Shown here: in pieces, positions 21,564 through 32,174 of the stretch
Layout: each line of letters begins with the position of its first letter
Position numbering within the stretch: position 1 is the stretch's first letter
Origin: Mobula birostris
Lineage: Eukaryota
Reading direction: 5' to 3'
NCBI RefSeq assembly: GCF_030028105.1
Contig: NC_092402.1
Coordinates: forward strand, 74,004,290-74,036,717
Length of the DNA: 32,428 bases
Program-made: the position numbers and the translations under genes
Notes under the pieces: generated by a model
The model's input: the letters and a program-made list of their open reading frames with translations, nothing else
What the model was told of the DNA's origin: nothing
Database searches by the model: none

Positions 21564-22044
21564 GATGTTGCAGTACTGATGATGTTGGGCCTATCATTTG
21601 GTTTACCTACTCAGCACCATTGCTTCGTCCACTAAAGGTGATGGAATTACTCAGGGAATTGAAATTTTGCTGAGTGTATTGTAGATTGCATAACACAACG
21701 TGTGTTCTTCTTCTCTGACACAAGACCATAAGCTCCAGCTGATTCTATAGCTCAATACAATCATGTCTGAACTTTTGTCTCAGAACTACTTCTCTGCACT
21801 AAACTTAATATATATTCTTTAATATATAAAAATGTGTTGATCTACATGTTGAATATACTGAGCAAATGATCATTACTTCTCTTCCTTCCATATTTATTTG
21901 CCTACTTGTGGTCTTCCCACGTTTCTTTTCAGCACTTGTACATAGCTTCAATATCTGCAATCAACACTTGTTCACCAACAAGGATACACTCTTTTTCCTT
22001 ACAACATAGAAGGAGGCCATTAGGCCCATTGAGCCTATAAAGCT

Positions 22045-22290
22045 ATTGGTGGTTAGCACGACATTATTACAGCTTGGGGCGTCAGAGTTCAGAGTTCAAT
22101 CCCAGCATCCTCTGTAAGGCATCTGTATGTCTGCGTGGGTTTTCCCTCGGTGCTCCAGTTTGTACGATTTGGGAGGTTAGTTGGTCACTGTAAATAGTCC
22201 CATGATTGTAAATCAGGGTTGTCAGGGGTTGCTGGGTGGCGTGGCTCAAGCAGCCAGAAGGCATTCTGTGCTGTTTGGCTAAATAAATAA
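22045..22290 (+). mobile_element. Degenerate V-SINE/HE1-like SINE
   Basis: GAGTTCAATCC B box, GCGTGGGTTTCCCTCGGTGCTCCAGTTT V-domain, CR1-like CCAGAAGGGC..TGTGCTGT end and (TAAA)n tail. Confidence 0.6.
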
Positions 22291-22712
22291 ATAAAACTCT
22301 CAGAATAAATATGCTTTGAACTTTGAAATTGATATCCCAGTGCCAGTTTGATGATCCTGCAAATGATGCTTGTTTCATTTTCTGGAGTCTTGATTATATC
22401 ATGTTTCTCATCCATGTAAAGGGTGTAATAGATTACTCAATTACACCTTCCACATCTTCACCCAGCTTCATTAAGGCTCACCCATTCAATCTGTTTATTA
22501 TTTGGTTGAGTTGTGGTTCATTTTGTCCATGAATTGAGTTCATCTTCCAATGGAAGGTCCTATTGGTGTTAGCCCTTTATTTGCAGGAATATTTCCTAAC
22601 TCACTTCAAGATTATTCCTTGGTTACTTGCTTGTTGCCTGTCTTTATAGTTTCTAGTCTGGTTGAGTTTTGGTCTTTGCCTACTTTCTGGTGAACTTAAT
22701 ATTTTTGTTACC

Positions 22713-22879
22713 GTCACAAGAGAAAATCTGCAGATGCTGAGAAATCCAGAGTAACGCACACAAAATGCTGGAGGAACTCAACAGGCCAGACAGCATCTAC
22801 GGAGAGGAATAAAGAGTTGACGTTTTGGGCCGAGACCCTTCAATAGGACCCGTTGAGCTCCTCCAGCATTTTGTGTATC
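22713..22879 (-). mobile_element. Miniature Penelope-derived element with inverted end and decayed hammerhead
   Basis: 11-bp TSD TTTTTGTTACC (22702-22712, 22880-22890). ACACAAAATGCTGGAGGAACTCAAC is inverted at the right end. Minus strand GTC-CTATTGA-AGGGTCTCGGCCC-AAAA-CGTC. Confidence 0.85.
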
Positions 22880-23556
22880 TTTTTGTTACCACTGCCTCTA
22901 TTGTTTCTTTCTAGCAGAGTATACCCATGCATTTTCCTGAACTATCTTTACATTGTAGCACAAGCTTTCAATGCAATGTCAAGAACTATAATCCAAAATT
23001 GTTTATATATTCCTCTTCCACGCAGTTATATATGTCTAGTATTGCTGTGATTCTGGTACCCAACTAATTTGTCTTCACCAATGTCTATCAATCTTACTGA
23101 TAGACCCTCATAATGATCTTTGATTCTACTTCTTACATCCATGACTATTCTAATGAGAAGAAGCATCTCCTGTCAGTGTCATTCACCTCATTGGAAACTG
23201 TTAAGAATGAGTGATGTTCTGGAAACTTTCCAGTCTTGTCAAGGTTTAATTAATCCGGTTTTGTGCGCTGTGTACACTGTGCACCTCAATTTTCAGAGAA
23301 AGTCTTACTGAGTTTGTACTGAGCTCAAGCTTCATTTGTTCATTGTCATTTCTCTTTGCTCCATATAGTTCATGTATTCTCAGACTGTCAATCCCAGGGC
23401 CAATTTCTGTGATTTCATGATTGAATCCATCTCAGTATTTGTCTGATTACATAACATTACATGGATGTGGATTTGTATAAAGGTCTCTGCCTCATCTCCT
23501 TCCTGAGTGATTTGATTCTTTCAGCAATAACTCAAACACATTAACTGGAAATAATT

Positions 23557-23696
23557 AAAACAACAGGAATTCTGCAGATGCTGGAAATCAAGCAACACAC
23601 ATCAAAGTTGCTGGTGAACGCAGCAGGCCAGGCAGCACCTCTTCCTACAGATGCTGCCTGGCCTGCTGCATTCACCAGCAACCTTGATGTGTGTAG
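23557..23696 (-). mobile_element. Miniature fold-back Penelope-derived element
   Basis: TSD GGAAATAATT (23547-23556, 23699-23708); 46-bp inverted arms at 23595-23640 and 23649-23694. Confidence 0.85.
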
Positions 23697-23958
23697 CCGG
23701 AAATAATTGTTCAGTTTTCAACCAAGAATTAACAAATTGTCAACTTGCTTTGTTGTGGATTATTAACTCCAAGGTTTTCTCCATAAATGTGAAATGAGTT
23801 GCTCCATTTATCACTCTCATTTGTGAATAAGGATGTAACATTTGGAGTCACTTTAAACAACCCTCCCCCTCCCTTATTTCTCGGAGATTTAGCAGATTAT
23901 GCCCAGATTTTCTGCAGTTTTCTTTGTGATTACCATAGCAAACTAATCTTTCCTAGAG

Positions 23959-24038
23959 CAGGAGTTTCCAACCTTTTTATGCTATGCATCCCTTCTATTA
24001 ACTGAAGAGCCACCCATACCCCAGGTTGGGAACCCCCA
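23959..24038. mobile_element. hAT-Charlie-type MITE
   Basis: TIRs CAGGAGTTTCCAACC / GGTTGGGAACCCC; 8-bp target TCCTAGAG / GTCTAGAG (NTCTAGAN-like). Confidence 0.75.
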
Positions 24039-24046
24039 GTCTAGAG

Positions 24047-24950
24047 CAACACACACAAAATGCTGGAGGAACTCAGCAGGTCAGGCAGCATCCATGGGAA
24101 TGAACAAACCATTGACATTTTGGGCCAAAACGGTTCATCGGGACTGGAATGGAAAGGGGAAGATGTCAGAATAAGAAGGTGAGGGAGGGGAAGGATGACA
24201 AACTAGAAGGTGATAGGTGAAGCCAGGTGGGTGGGGGAGGGGGGGTTGAAGTAAGAAGCTAGGAGGTGATAGGTGGAAAAGGTAAAGGACCGGAGAAGAG
24301 GGAATCTAATAGGAGAGGAGAGTGGATCATGGGAGAAAGGGAGTGAGGGGCACAGGGGGGAGGAGATAGGCAGGTGAGTAGAAGAGAAGAGGTAAGGGAG
24401 GCAGAGTTGGGAAATGAAGAAGACCGAAGGGGAAGAGGGAAAAGAATTACCATAAATTGGAGAAATCAGTATTCATGCCATCAGGCTGGAGGCTACCCAG
24501 ATGGAATATGAGGTGTTGCACCTTCAGTCTGATAGTGACCTCATTGTGGCAGTAGACGAACTTTATGGAATGGGAATGGTGATTGGAATTGAAATGGCCA
24601 CTGGGAAATCCTGTTTTTCGCAGATTGAGTGAGGGTGCTTGAGGGAGCAGTTCTCACCAATGCAGAGGAGGCCACATCAGGAGCATTGGGCACAGTAGAC
24701 GACCCCAGCAGATTCGCTGGTGAAGTGTTCTCTCACCTGGAAGGACAGTTTGGGGCTCTGAATGGAGGTGAGGGAGGAGATGAATGGGCAGGTTTAGCAT
24801 TTCTACCACTTAGGTGTATGGGCAGATGTGGAACTTTGGCCGCTTGGAGGAATAAGTGCCGGGGGGAGATTAGTGGGGAGAGACAAATGGACAAAGGAAT
24901 CATGGAGGGAGCCATCCCTACGAAAAGTGGAGAGCGACAGGGAGGGAGGT
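24047..24950 (-). mobile_element. Older degenerate Penelope-like fragment (3' repeat, GIY-YIG, linker)
   Basis: Colinear with 8025-8880; decayed hammerhead at ~24110-24148; many indels. Confidence 0.85.
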
Positions 24951-25646
24951 TTTCTTTTACCTATCTATATCCTGTTCAATATCACTTCCGCCACTCACTC
25001 CTGAATAAAGACCAAGTATTCAGGTAGTGTTTGCATAAGAGAATCTTAGCTTGGTCTCGAATTGGTACCACACTTCCTTCAACTACCTTCTGCTTATACT
25101 GTTCAACAACCTTAAGTGCCCCTCGTATATTAGCCATGAGTGTATTTCCTGCTGTCTCTTTGTTGTACTTTCTGGATCTCCTCTGTACTTGCAGTTATCA
25201 ACAGCAAATTCTGGCATTGACTATTTGTTGATGGTGTCATTGTGGGAGTTTTTCACACTGGGAAGTGTGGTGGATGAGCATGGTTAAAAGTAAAGCTGGT
25301 AACTGGGATAGGAGTGCAGGGTTGATCGGCAAGGAAAGCACTGTATTTCCACCTGCTTCTGAGATGCTTTGCTCCATCGCAGAGCGGGTGTGGCAGCCAG
25401 TGTGCAGTTGCAGTGAAAATCCAAAAATCCTCTACCCTCAGGACTCAGACACCAGACTATTGGATATTATTATATTGATATCTAAACACACTTCTCACTC
25501 ACTTAAATGAGTTTAAAGGGTGCACGGGAAACAGGACTCACTGGGTCAGATGCCAAGCCACTAGGATTTCTGGATAGCAAATTAATGAATTTGTTTACTC
25601 AGGACTAATGCTGAACCAAAGAGATAGGCATTGTTAAGCCTCTATA

Positions 25647-25726
25647 CAGGGGTTCCCAACCTGGAGTCCACAGACCCCTTGCTTAATGGTATTTGTCCAT
25701 GGCAGAAAAAGGGTTGAGAAGCATTA
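25647..25726. mobile_element. hAT-Charlie-type MITE, probably related to 23959-24038
   Basis: CAGGGGTTCCCAACCTGG..AAAAAGGGTTGAGAAGC, ~80 bp. Confidence 0.6.
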
Positions 25727-25866
25727 GATAGTAGAGCCAGAGAGAACAGAGTGTGTACACTTACTGTGGGGCCAAGTACATCTCAGCAGATGGAGGTGGT
25801 AGATGTGGGGTGGAAATGTGGGCAAGCATAAGAGGCCAAAACTAAAGTTCCTGTCTTCTTTTCCAG

Positions 25867-26017
25867 CCATTGTGCAAGGTTGCAATCGCCTTCTATCAGT
25901 TCAGCATCACGGCAAACTTCTTCTGGCTGCTGGCAGAAGGCATCTACCTCCATACGCTCATTGTGGTCTTCTTCACTGAGAGGAAGTACTTCTGGTGGTA
26001 CATCGTGACAGCCTGGG
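25867..26017 (+). CDS. Class B1 GPCR exon: TM3-ICL2-start of TM4
   Basis: ttccag|CCA TTG TGC..GCC TGG G|gtgag, 151 bp, encoding PLCKVAIAFYQFSITANFFWLLAEGIYLHTLIVVFFTERKYFWWYIVTAW(G). Phase 0 matches the previous exon. Confidence 0.96.
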
Positions 26018-26159
26018 GTGAGGCGCTTTCTGCTCAACCGTACTTTCACACACCAGAGGAACCACCCAGCTTGACCTGCCCGTTCTGACTCTTTCAGACT
26101 TTTTCTCTCTGCCTCTTACTTTTCTTATCCAGTTTCCTACTAGGAGTTAACTGTTGGAG

Positions 26160-26308
26160 GACCTCAGATGAGACCATATATAGGCCCTGAAACATTAACT
26201 ATCCATTCCACCCCACCCCCCAAAGATGCTGCCAGACATGCTGAGTTTCCTTCAGCAGTCTGACTTTGCTCCCAATTCCACAGCACATCTACAGTCTCTT
26301 GTGTTCTT
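26160..26308 (+). mobile_element. Degenerate Penelope 3' repeat fragment
   Basis: CAGATGA..CCCTGAAACATT..GATGCTGCCAGACATGCTGAGTTTCC..CATCTACAGTCTCTTGTGT. Confidence 0.6.
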
Positions 26309-26799
26309 TCTGAAAGTTACTGTTCACTCAGCTTCTAACACCTTTCGGCAGTGCATTGCTAAGCAACAGCTCACAGTCTAAGAAATATTTACCCTGAAAT
26401 TTAATCGCATAATGCTGTATTTTTCAGTATCGCCCCCTCCCCCCCCCCCGACCCCTGCAAAGTAAAATGCAACACAACCATTTCTGGGACGTCCCATGTC
26501 AGACCCCACAGATTCAGCAGTCAGGGTTACATTAACCTTGCATCCCTGTCACCTGGGGTGGCACCGTTCTCCCTTTAGACAGAATGCAGACTTATGCTGG
26601 GGGAGCTCATCATTGCCACTTCTGGGACAACTATGGTTTTCTACCCTAGATGGGACTTCTATCAGGCCGTTGATCAGACTAGTGATCCTCAACACAACAC
26701 TGACAATCATTCCCTGCCTCAGCCCCACACTGTGTCTTGGCTCAGCTGACAGCAAATCTCCTCAGCATTAGATAATTATGAAATTACTGTAAGTCCTTC

Positions 26800-27015
26800 T
26801 TCAGAAACTTGAGTATATTATCTACTCTGCCACCTCAGTGCAGTTCCACACTGTTGGAGATGCAGTTTTTTCAGTGGAAGTGTTAAACAGAGGTTCCACT
26901 TGCTCTCTTGGGTGGATGTACAAGATCCCAGGATACTCACTTTTAAACCCCATTCCTGGATGATGTGGCATGTGCTTGAATTGCCTGCTGCATTTCCTAA
27001 ATTGTCATAATGACC
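26800..27015 (+). mobile_element. Deu-domain SINE remnant (SacSINE1/AmnSINE1-like)
   Basis: CACTGTTGGAGATGC..TGTTAAACAGAGG..CTCTCTTGGGTGGATGTACAAGATCCCA and later AATTGCCTGCTGCATTTCCTA resemble the Deu-domain and downstream consensus. Confidence 0.65.
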
Positions 27016-28121
27016 AAGTAATGATGAGAGGTGTCAGGAGTTTTAGTTCGCGTGGAAATATCAGCCAAGACCAGTTGGACCACATGGTGTGCTTCCTCAC
27101 TATAAGTTCTATATGGCTCTATATATTTCATTGGTTGTGGAGTGTCCTGAGATGCTGGAAAGTGCTTTGTTCTTTTCATTTGCTTCAGGAGAGCTTCTTT
27201 CCTCTGAGTAAATACCCACTGTAGCCAAGAGGTCAAGGAGATGGACAATTTGAATTAGTTTGCTGAGTAAACAAAGAAAATATTAGATGTGACAGAGCAG
27301 CTTGAAATTTGTTCTCCCGAAAACCCTAGTCCCCTCGTCCTTCACTACATTGTACTTTGACCATTCACTGTATGATTGAATTATATCTGAGTGCAGTGAT
27401 GTGCTGTCTATTTCACAGATCATTCTCCCTATTGAAAAGAATAATCCTACACTCTGGAAAAGGCACTGGAGAAGAGTTGAGTTCTTCTAGAACAACAATG
27501 GGAAACAACATTAGGCCTAGGAGTAAATCCACCCAATATTGTGGAAATCCCATGTAGGAAATTGGACTGAAATTTCTATCAAGCTTTCAAATTTAACATT
27601 TTGTAAGGAACTCACTTGTTGCCCTTGAAAAGTGAAGAACCACCTTTTTGAATCACTCTTAGATACTAAAGGGTCATCTATTTCCCTTAATTCTGTCATA
27701 AAGATTGTCACTACTACCCAGGGCTGTGGAAAACAATTTGGCACCATAATGTGGAAATTGGGTGGTGGGGCGGAGATACGTCTTTAACAGAGGAGGTGTA
27801 AGGTGCTCCTTCCCTCTGCTAGCCTGCAGGTTTTCTTGGGCAAGGTATAGCACCTGCTTAGCCCCCAGATCAGGGTCACGTGAAGCCATGGGAGCAGTTG
27901 GTGGAAGGTTGTATGAGTGGAAGCTCGGGGTAAAGAGAGGCAAAACTGATGTCAGCCAGTAGAGCGGGAAAAGTTTAAAAAGAAGACCGTCATATTCAGC
28001 GGGCAGCGTTTGGAGCTGGCAGCGGAGTGAGAGGGTAGCAGAGTGATAGGGCTTTGGCTCAACAGGCTTAGGCGGTAATGAGGTGAGGCAGATTTACCTG
28101 TGTTAATTGCGGAAAGGAGGT

Positions 28122-29172
28122 ATGTGTGTGAGGCCGGTGTTCTGTTCTAGGTGTCAGATGTGGGAAGTCCTGGAGTCTCCCAGCCTCCCGGACAGCCATA
28201 TCTGTACCCGGTGTGTCGAGCTGCAGCTCCTAAAGGACCGCATTAGGGAACTGGAGTTGCATCTCGATGACCTTCGTCTGGTCAGGGAGAAAGAGGAGGA
28301 GAAAGGAGTTATAGGCAGGTGGTCACATCGGGGCCACGGAAGACAGATATGTGAGTCACAGTCAGGAGAGGGAAGGGGAAGAGTCAGATACTAGAGGGTG
28401 CCCCTGTGGCTGCCTCCCCCCCCCTTAACAATAAGTACTGTTGGGGGGGAGACGGCCTACCTGGGGGAAGCAACAGTGGTCACACCCCTGGCACAGAGTC
28501 TGGCCCAGTGGCCCAGAAGGGTAGGGAAAGGAAGAGGATGGCAGTAGTGACAGGGGACTCTATAGTTAGGGAGTCAGACAGACGATTCTGTGGATGCATG
28601 AAAGAAACACAGATGGTAGTTTGCCTTCCAGGTGCCAGTGTCCAGGATGTTTCTGATCGTGTCCATGATATCCTGAAGTGGGAAGGAGAACAGCTAGAGG
28701 TTGTGGTACATATTGGTACCAACGACCTAGGTAGGAAAAGAGAAGAGGTCCTGAAAACAGACTACAGGGAATTAGGAAGAAGGTTGAGAAGCAGGACCAC
28801 AAAAGTCCTCACTAAGGGTCTCACCCCGAAACGTCGACTGTACCTCTTCCTATAGATGCTGCCTGGCCTGCTGTGTTCTACCAGCATTTTGTGTGCGTTG
28901 CTTGAGTTTCCAGCATCTACAGATTTTCTGGTGTTTGCATTTGTAAAGGTAGTAATCTCGGGATTACTGCCTGTGCCACGCGACAGTGAGTATAGGAATA
29001 GAATGAGGTGGAGGATAAATGCGTGGCTGAGGGATTGGAGCAGGGGGCAGGGATTCAGATTTGTGGATCACTGGGACCTCTTTGGGGGCAGGTGTGACCT
29101 GTACAAAAAGGACAGGACCCCAATATCCTGGTGGGGAGGTTTTCTAAGGCTATTGGGGAGAGTTTAAACTAG
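28122..29172 (+). pseudogene. CR1 ORF1 (Zn finger/leucine zipper + SGNH esterase), frameshifted
   Basis: CSRC..CTRC, LKDRIRELELHLDDL, VVTGDSIVR, VVHIGTND. It ends NILVGRFSKAIGESLN-TAG at 29170-29172. Confidence 0.88.
28806..28944 (+). mobile_element. Short Penelope 3'-repeat insertion (hammerhead-led) inside CR1 ORF1
   Basis: AGTC-CTCACTA-AGGGTCTCACCCC-GAAA-CGTC-GACT followed by GATGCTGCCTGGCCTGCTG..CCAGCATCTACAGA. AAAG flanks both sides (28802-28805, 28945-28948). Confidence 0.85.
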
Positions 29173-31749
29173 AATTGTTGGGGGGTGGGAACCGAACTGA
29201 GGAGACTGGGGAAGAGGCGGTTGACTCACAAATAGAGAAAGTTGGAGACAGTGCGAGAGGGAGGATAGGTAGGTGATAGAGAAGGGACGTGCTCAGACGG
29301 GCAGTTTGAGATGGAGAATTGTGAACAAAGCGGATGAGCTTAGAGTATGGATCAGTACTTGGAGCTATGATGTGGTGGCCATTACAGAGACTTGGATGGC
29401 TCAGGGACGGGGATGGTTACTTCAAGTTTTAGATGTTTCAGAAAGGACAGGGAGGGAGGAAAAAGAGGTGGGGGCGTGGCACTGTTGATCAGAGATAGTA
29501 TCACGGCTGCAGAAAAGGAGAAAGTCATGAAGGGATTGTCTATGGAGTCTCTGTGGGTGGAGGTTAGGAACAGGAAGGGGTCAATAACTCTAATGGGTGT
29601 TTTTTATAGGCCGCCCAATAGTAACAAGGATATCGAGGATCAGGTAGGGAAACAGATCCTGGAAAGGTGAGTAAGGGGAATTATGAGGCTACCAGGCAGG
29701 AACCTGGAAGCTTAAATTGGGAACAGATGTTCTCAAGGAAAGGTACAGAAGAAATGTGGCAAATATTTAGGGGATATTTGTGTGGAGTTCTGCATAGGTA
29801 CGATCCAATGAGACAGGGAAGTTATGGTAGGGTACAGGAACCGTGGTGTACAAAGGCTGTAGTAAATCTAGACAAGAAGAAAAGAAAAGCTTACAAAAGG
29901 TTTAGAGAGCTAGGTAATGTTAGAGATCTAGAAGATTATAAGGCTGACAGGAAGGAGCTTAAGAATGAAATTAGGAGAGCCAGAAGGGGCCATGAGAAGG
30001 CCTTGGTGGGCAGGATTAAGGAAAACCCCAAGGCATTCTACAAGTATGTGAACAGCAAGAGGATAAGACTTAAAAGAATAGGACCAATCAAGTGTGACAG
30101 TGGGAAAGTGTGTATGGAACAGGAGGAAATAGCAGAGGTACTTAATGAATACTTTACTTCAGTATTCACTATGGAAAAGGATCTTGGTGATTGTAGTGAT
30201 GACTTGCAGCAGACTGAAAAGCTTGAGCATATAGACATTAAGAAAGAGGATGTGCTGGAGCTTTTGGAAAGCATCAAGTTGGATAAGTCACTGGGACCGG
30301 ATGAGATATATCCCAGGCTACTGTGGGATGTGAGGGAGGAAATTGCTGAGCCTCTGGTGATGATCTTTGCAGCATCAATGGCGACGGGAGAGGTTCTGGA
30401 GGATTGGAGGGTTGTGGATGTTGTTCCCTTATTCAAGAAAGGGAGTAGAGATAGCCCAGGAAATTATAGGCCAGTGAGTCTTACTTCAGTGGTTGGCAAG
30501 TTGATGGAGAAGATCCTGAGAGGCAGGATTTATGAACATTTGGAGAGGTATAATATGATTAGGAATAGTCAGCATGGCTTTGTCAAAGGCAGGTCATGCC
30601 TTACGAGCCTGATTGAATTTTTTGAGGATGTGACTAAACACATTGATGATGGTAGAGCAGTAGATGTAGTGTATATGGATTTTAGCAAGGCATTTGACAA
30701 GGTACCCCATGCAAGGCTTATTGAGAAAGTAAGGAGGCATGGGATCCAAGAGGACATTACCTTGTGGATCCAGAACTGGCTTGGCCACAGAAGGCAAAGA
30801 GTGGTTGTAGACAGGTCATATTCTGCATGGAGGCCAGTGACCAGTGGTGTGCCTCAGGGATCTGTTCTGGGACCCTTCGTGATTTTTATAAATGACCTGG
30901 ATGAGGAAGTGGATTGATGTGTTAGTAAGTTTGCTGATGACATTAAGTTTGGGTGTGTTCTGGATAGTGTGGATGGCTGCCAGAGGTTACAGCAGGACAT
31001 TGATAGGATGCAAAACTGGGCTGAGAAGTGGCGGATGGAGTTCAAGCCCAGATAAGCGTGAAGTGGATCATTTTGGTAGGTCAAATATGATGGCAGAATA
31101 TAGTATTAATGGTAAGATTCTTGGCAGTGTGGAGGATCAGAGGGATCTTGGGGTCCGAGTCCATAGGACACTCAAAGCATCTGCACAGGTTGACTCTGTG
31201 GTTAAGAAGGCATATGGTGTATTGGCCTTCATCAATCATGGAATTGAATTTAGGAGACAAGAGGTAATGTTGCGGCTATGTAGGACCCTGGTCAGGCCCC
31301 ACTTGGAGTACTGTGCTCAGTTCTGGTCACCTTACTATAGGAAGGATGTGGAAACCATAGAAAGGGTGCAGTGGAGATTTACAAGGATGTTGCCTGGATT
31401 GGGGAGCATGCCTTATGAAAACAGGTTGAGTGAACTCGGCCTTTTCTCCTTTGAGCGACAGAGGATGAGAGGTGACCTGATAGAGCTGTATAAGATGATG
31501 AGAGGCGTTGATCGTGTGGATAGTCAGAGGCTTTTTCCCAGGGCTGAAATGGCTAGCATGAGAGGGCACAGTTTTAAGGTGCTTGGAAGTAGGTACAAAG
31601 GAGATATCAGGGGTAAGTTTTTTCACACAGAGAGTGGTGAGTGTGTGGAATGGGCTGCGGCAACGGTGGTGGAGGCAGATACGATAGGGTCTTTTAAGAG
31701 ACTTTTGGATAGGTACATGGAACTGAGTAAAATAGAGGGCTATGGGTAA
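29163..31749 (+). pseudogene. CR1 ORF2 (EN partly deleted near 29667, RT), with frameshifts and stops
   Basis: VAITETW, FYRPP, QHGFVKGRSC, YMDFSKAFD, GVPQGSVLGP and FADD distributed over several ORFs. Confidence 0.9.
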
Positions 31750-32113
31750 CCCTAGGTAATTTCTAAGGTAGGGACATGTTCGGTACAACTTTGTGGGCGG
31801 AAGGGCCTGTATTGAGCTGTAGGTTTTCTGTGTTTCTATGAATAGCTGGTGCATACTACAAGTCCTGGTTATGCAACCATTAACGCCAGGCAGACGATCT
31901 CTGGCTGGGGTCAACCGTCTTTCTTGTAAAGATACTGTCCAGACGAAGGCAGTGGCAAATCACTTCCGTATAAAAATTTGTCAAGAACAATCATGGTCAT
32001 GGAAAGGCCATGATTGGCCATGTCTTAGTATAATGCATATAATGAATGAGTGAATGGGGAAATCACAGGCTTTTTCCTCAATGTTCTTTGTATTTCCATT
32101 TCTGCCTCTGTAG

Positions 32114-32174
32114 GTACACCACTGTTGATCACCATCAGCTGGGTTCTTGCTATGCTGTATTACAATGATATTGG
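32114..32174 (+). CDS. Class B1 GPCR exon: TM4-start of ECL2
   Basis: ctgtag|GT ACA CCA..ATT GG|gtaag, 61 bp, encoding (G)TPLLITISWVLAMLYYNDI(G). Phase 1 completes Gly from the previous exon. A polypyrimidine tract lies upstream. Confidence 0.92.

Larger units (their letters stand above)
27919..31836 (+). mobile_element. Near full-length decayed CR1 LINE (5'UTR, ORF1, ORF2, 3' tail)
   Basis: TSD TATGAGT 27912-27918 / TATGAAT 31837-31843; (TTTCTRTG)n tail; ORF1 and ORF2 motifs as listed separately. Confidence 0.93.
27760..32058 (+). mobile_element. RTE-partner SINE (27760-27918 + 31837-32058) split by a full-length CR1
   Basis: The two halves rejoin to match the reverse complement of 2465-2855. 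Confidence 0.8.
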
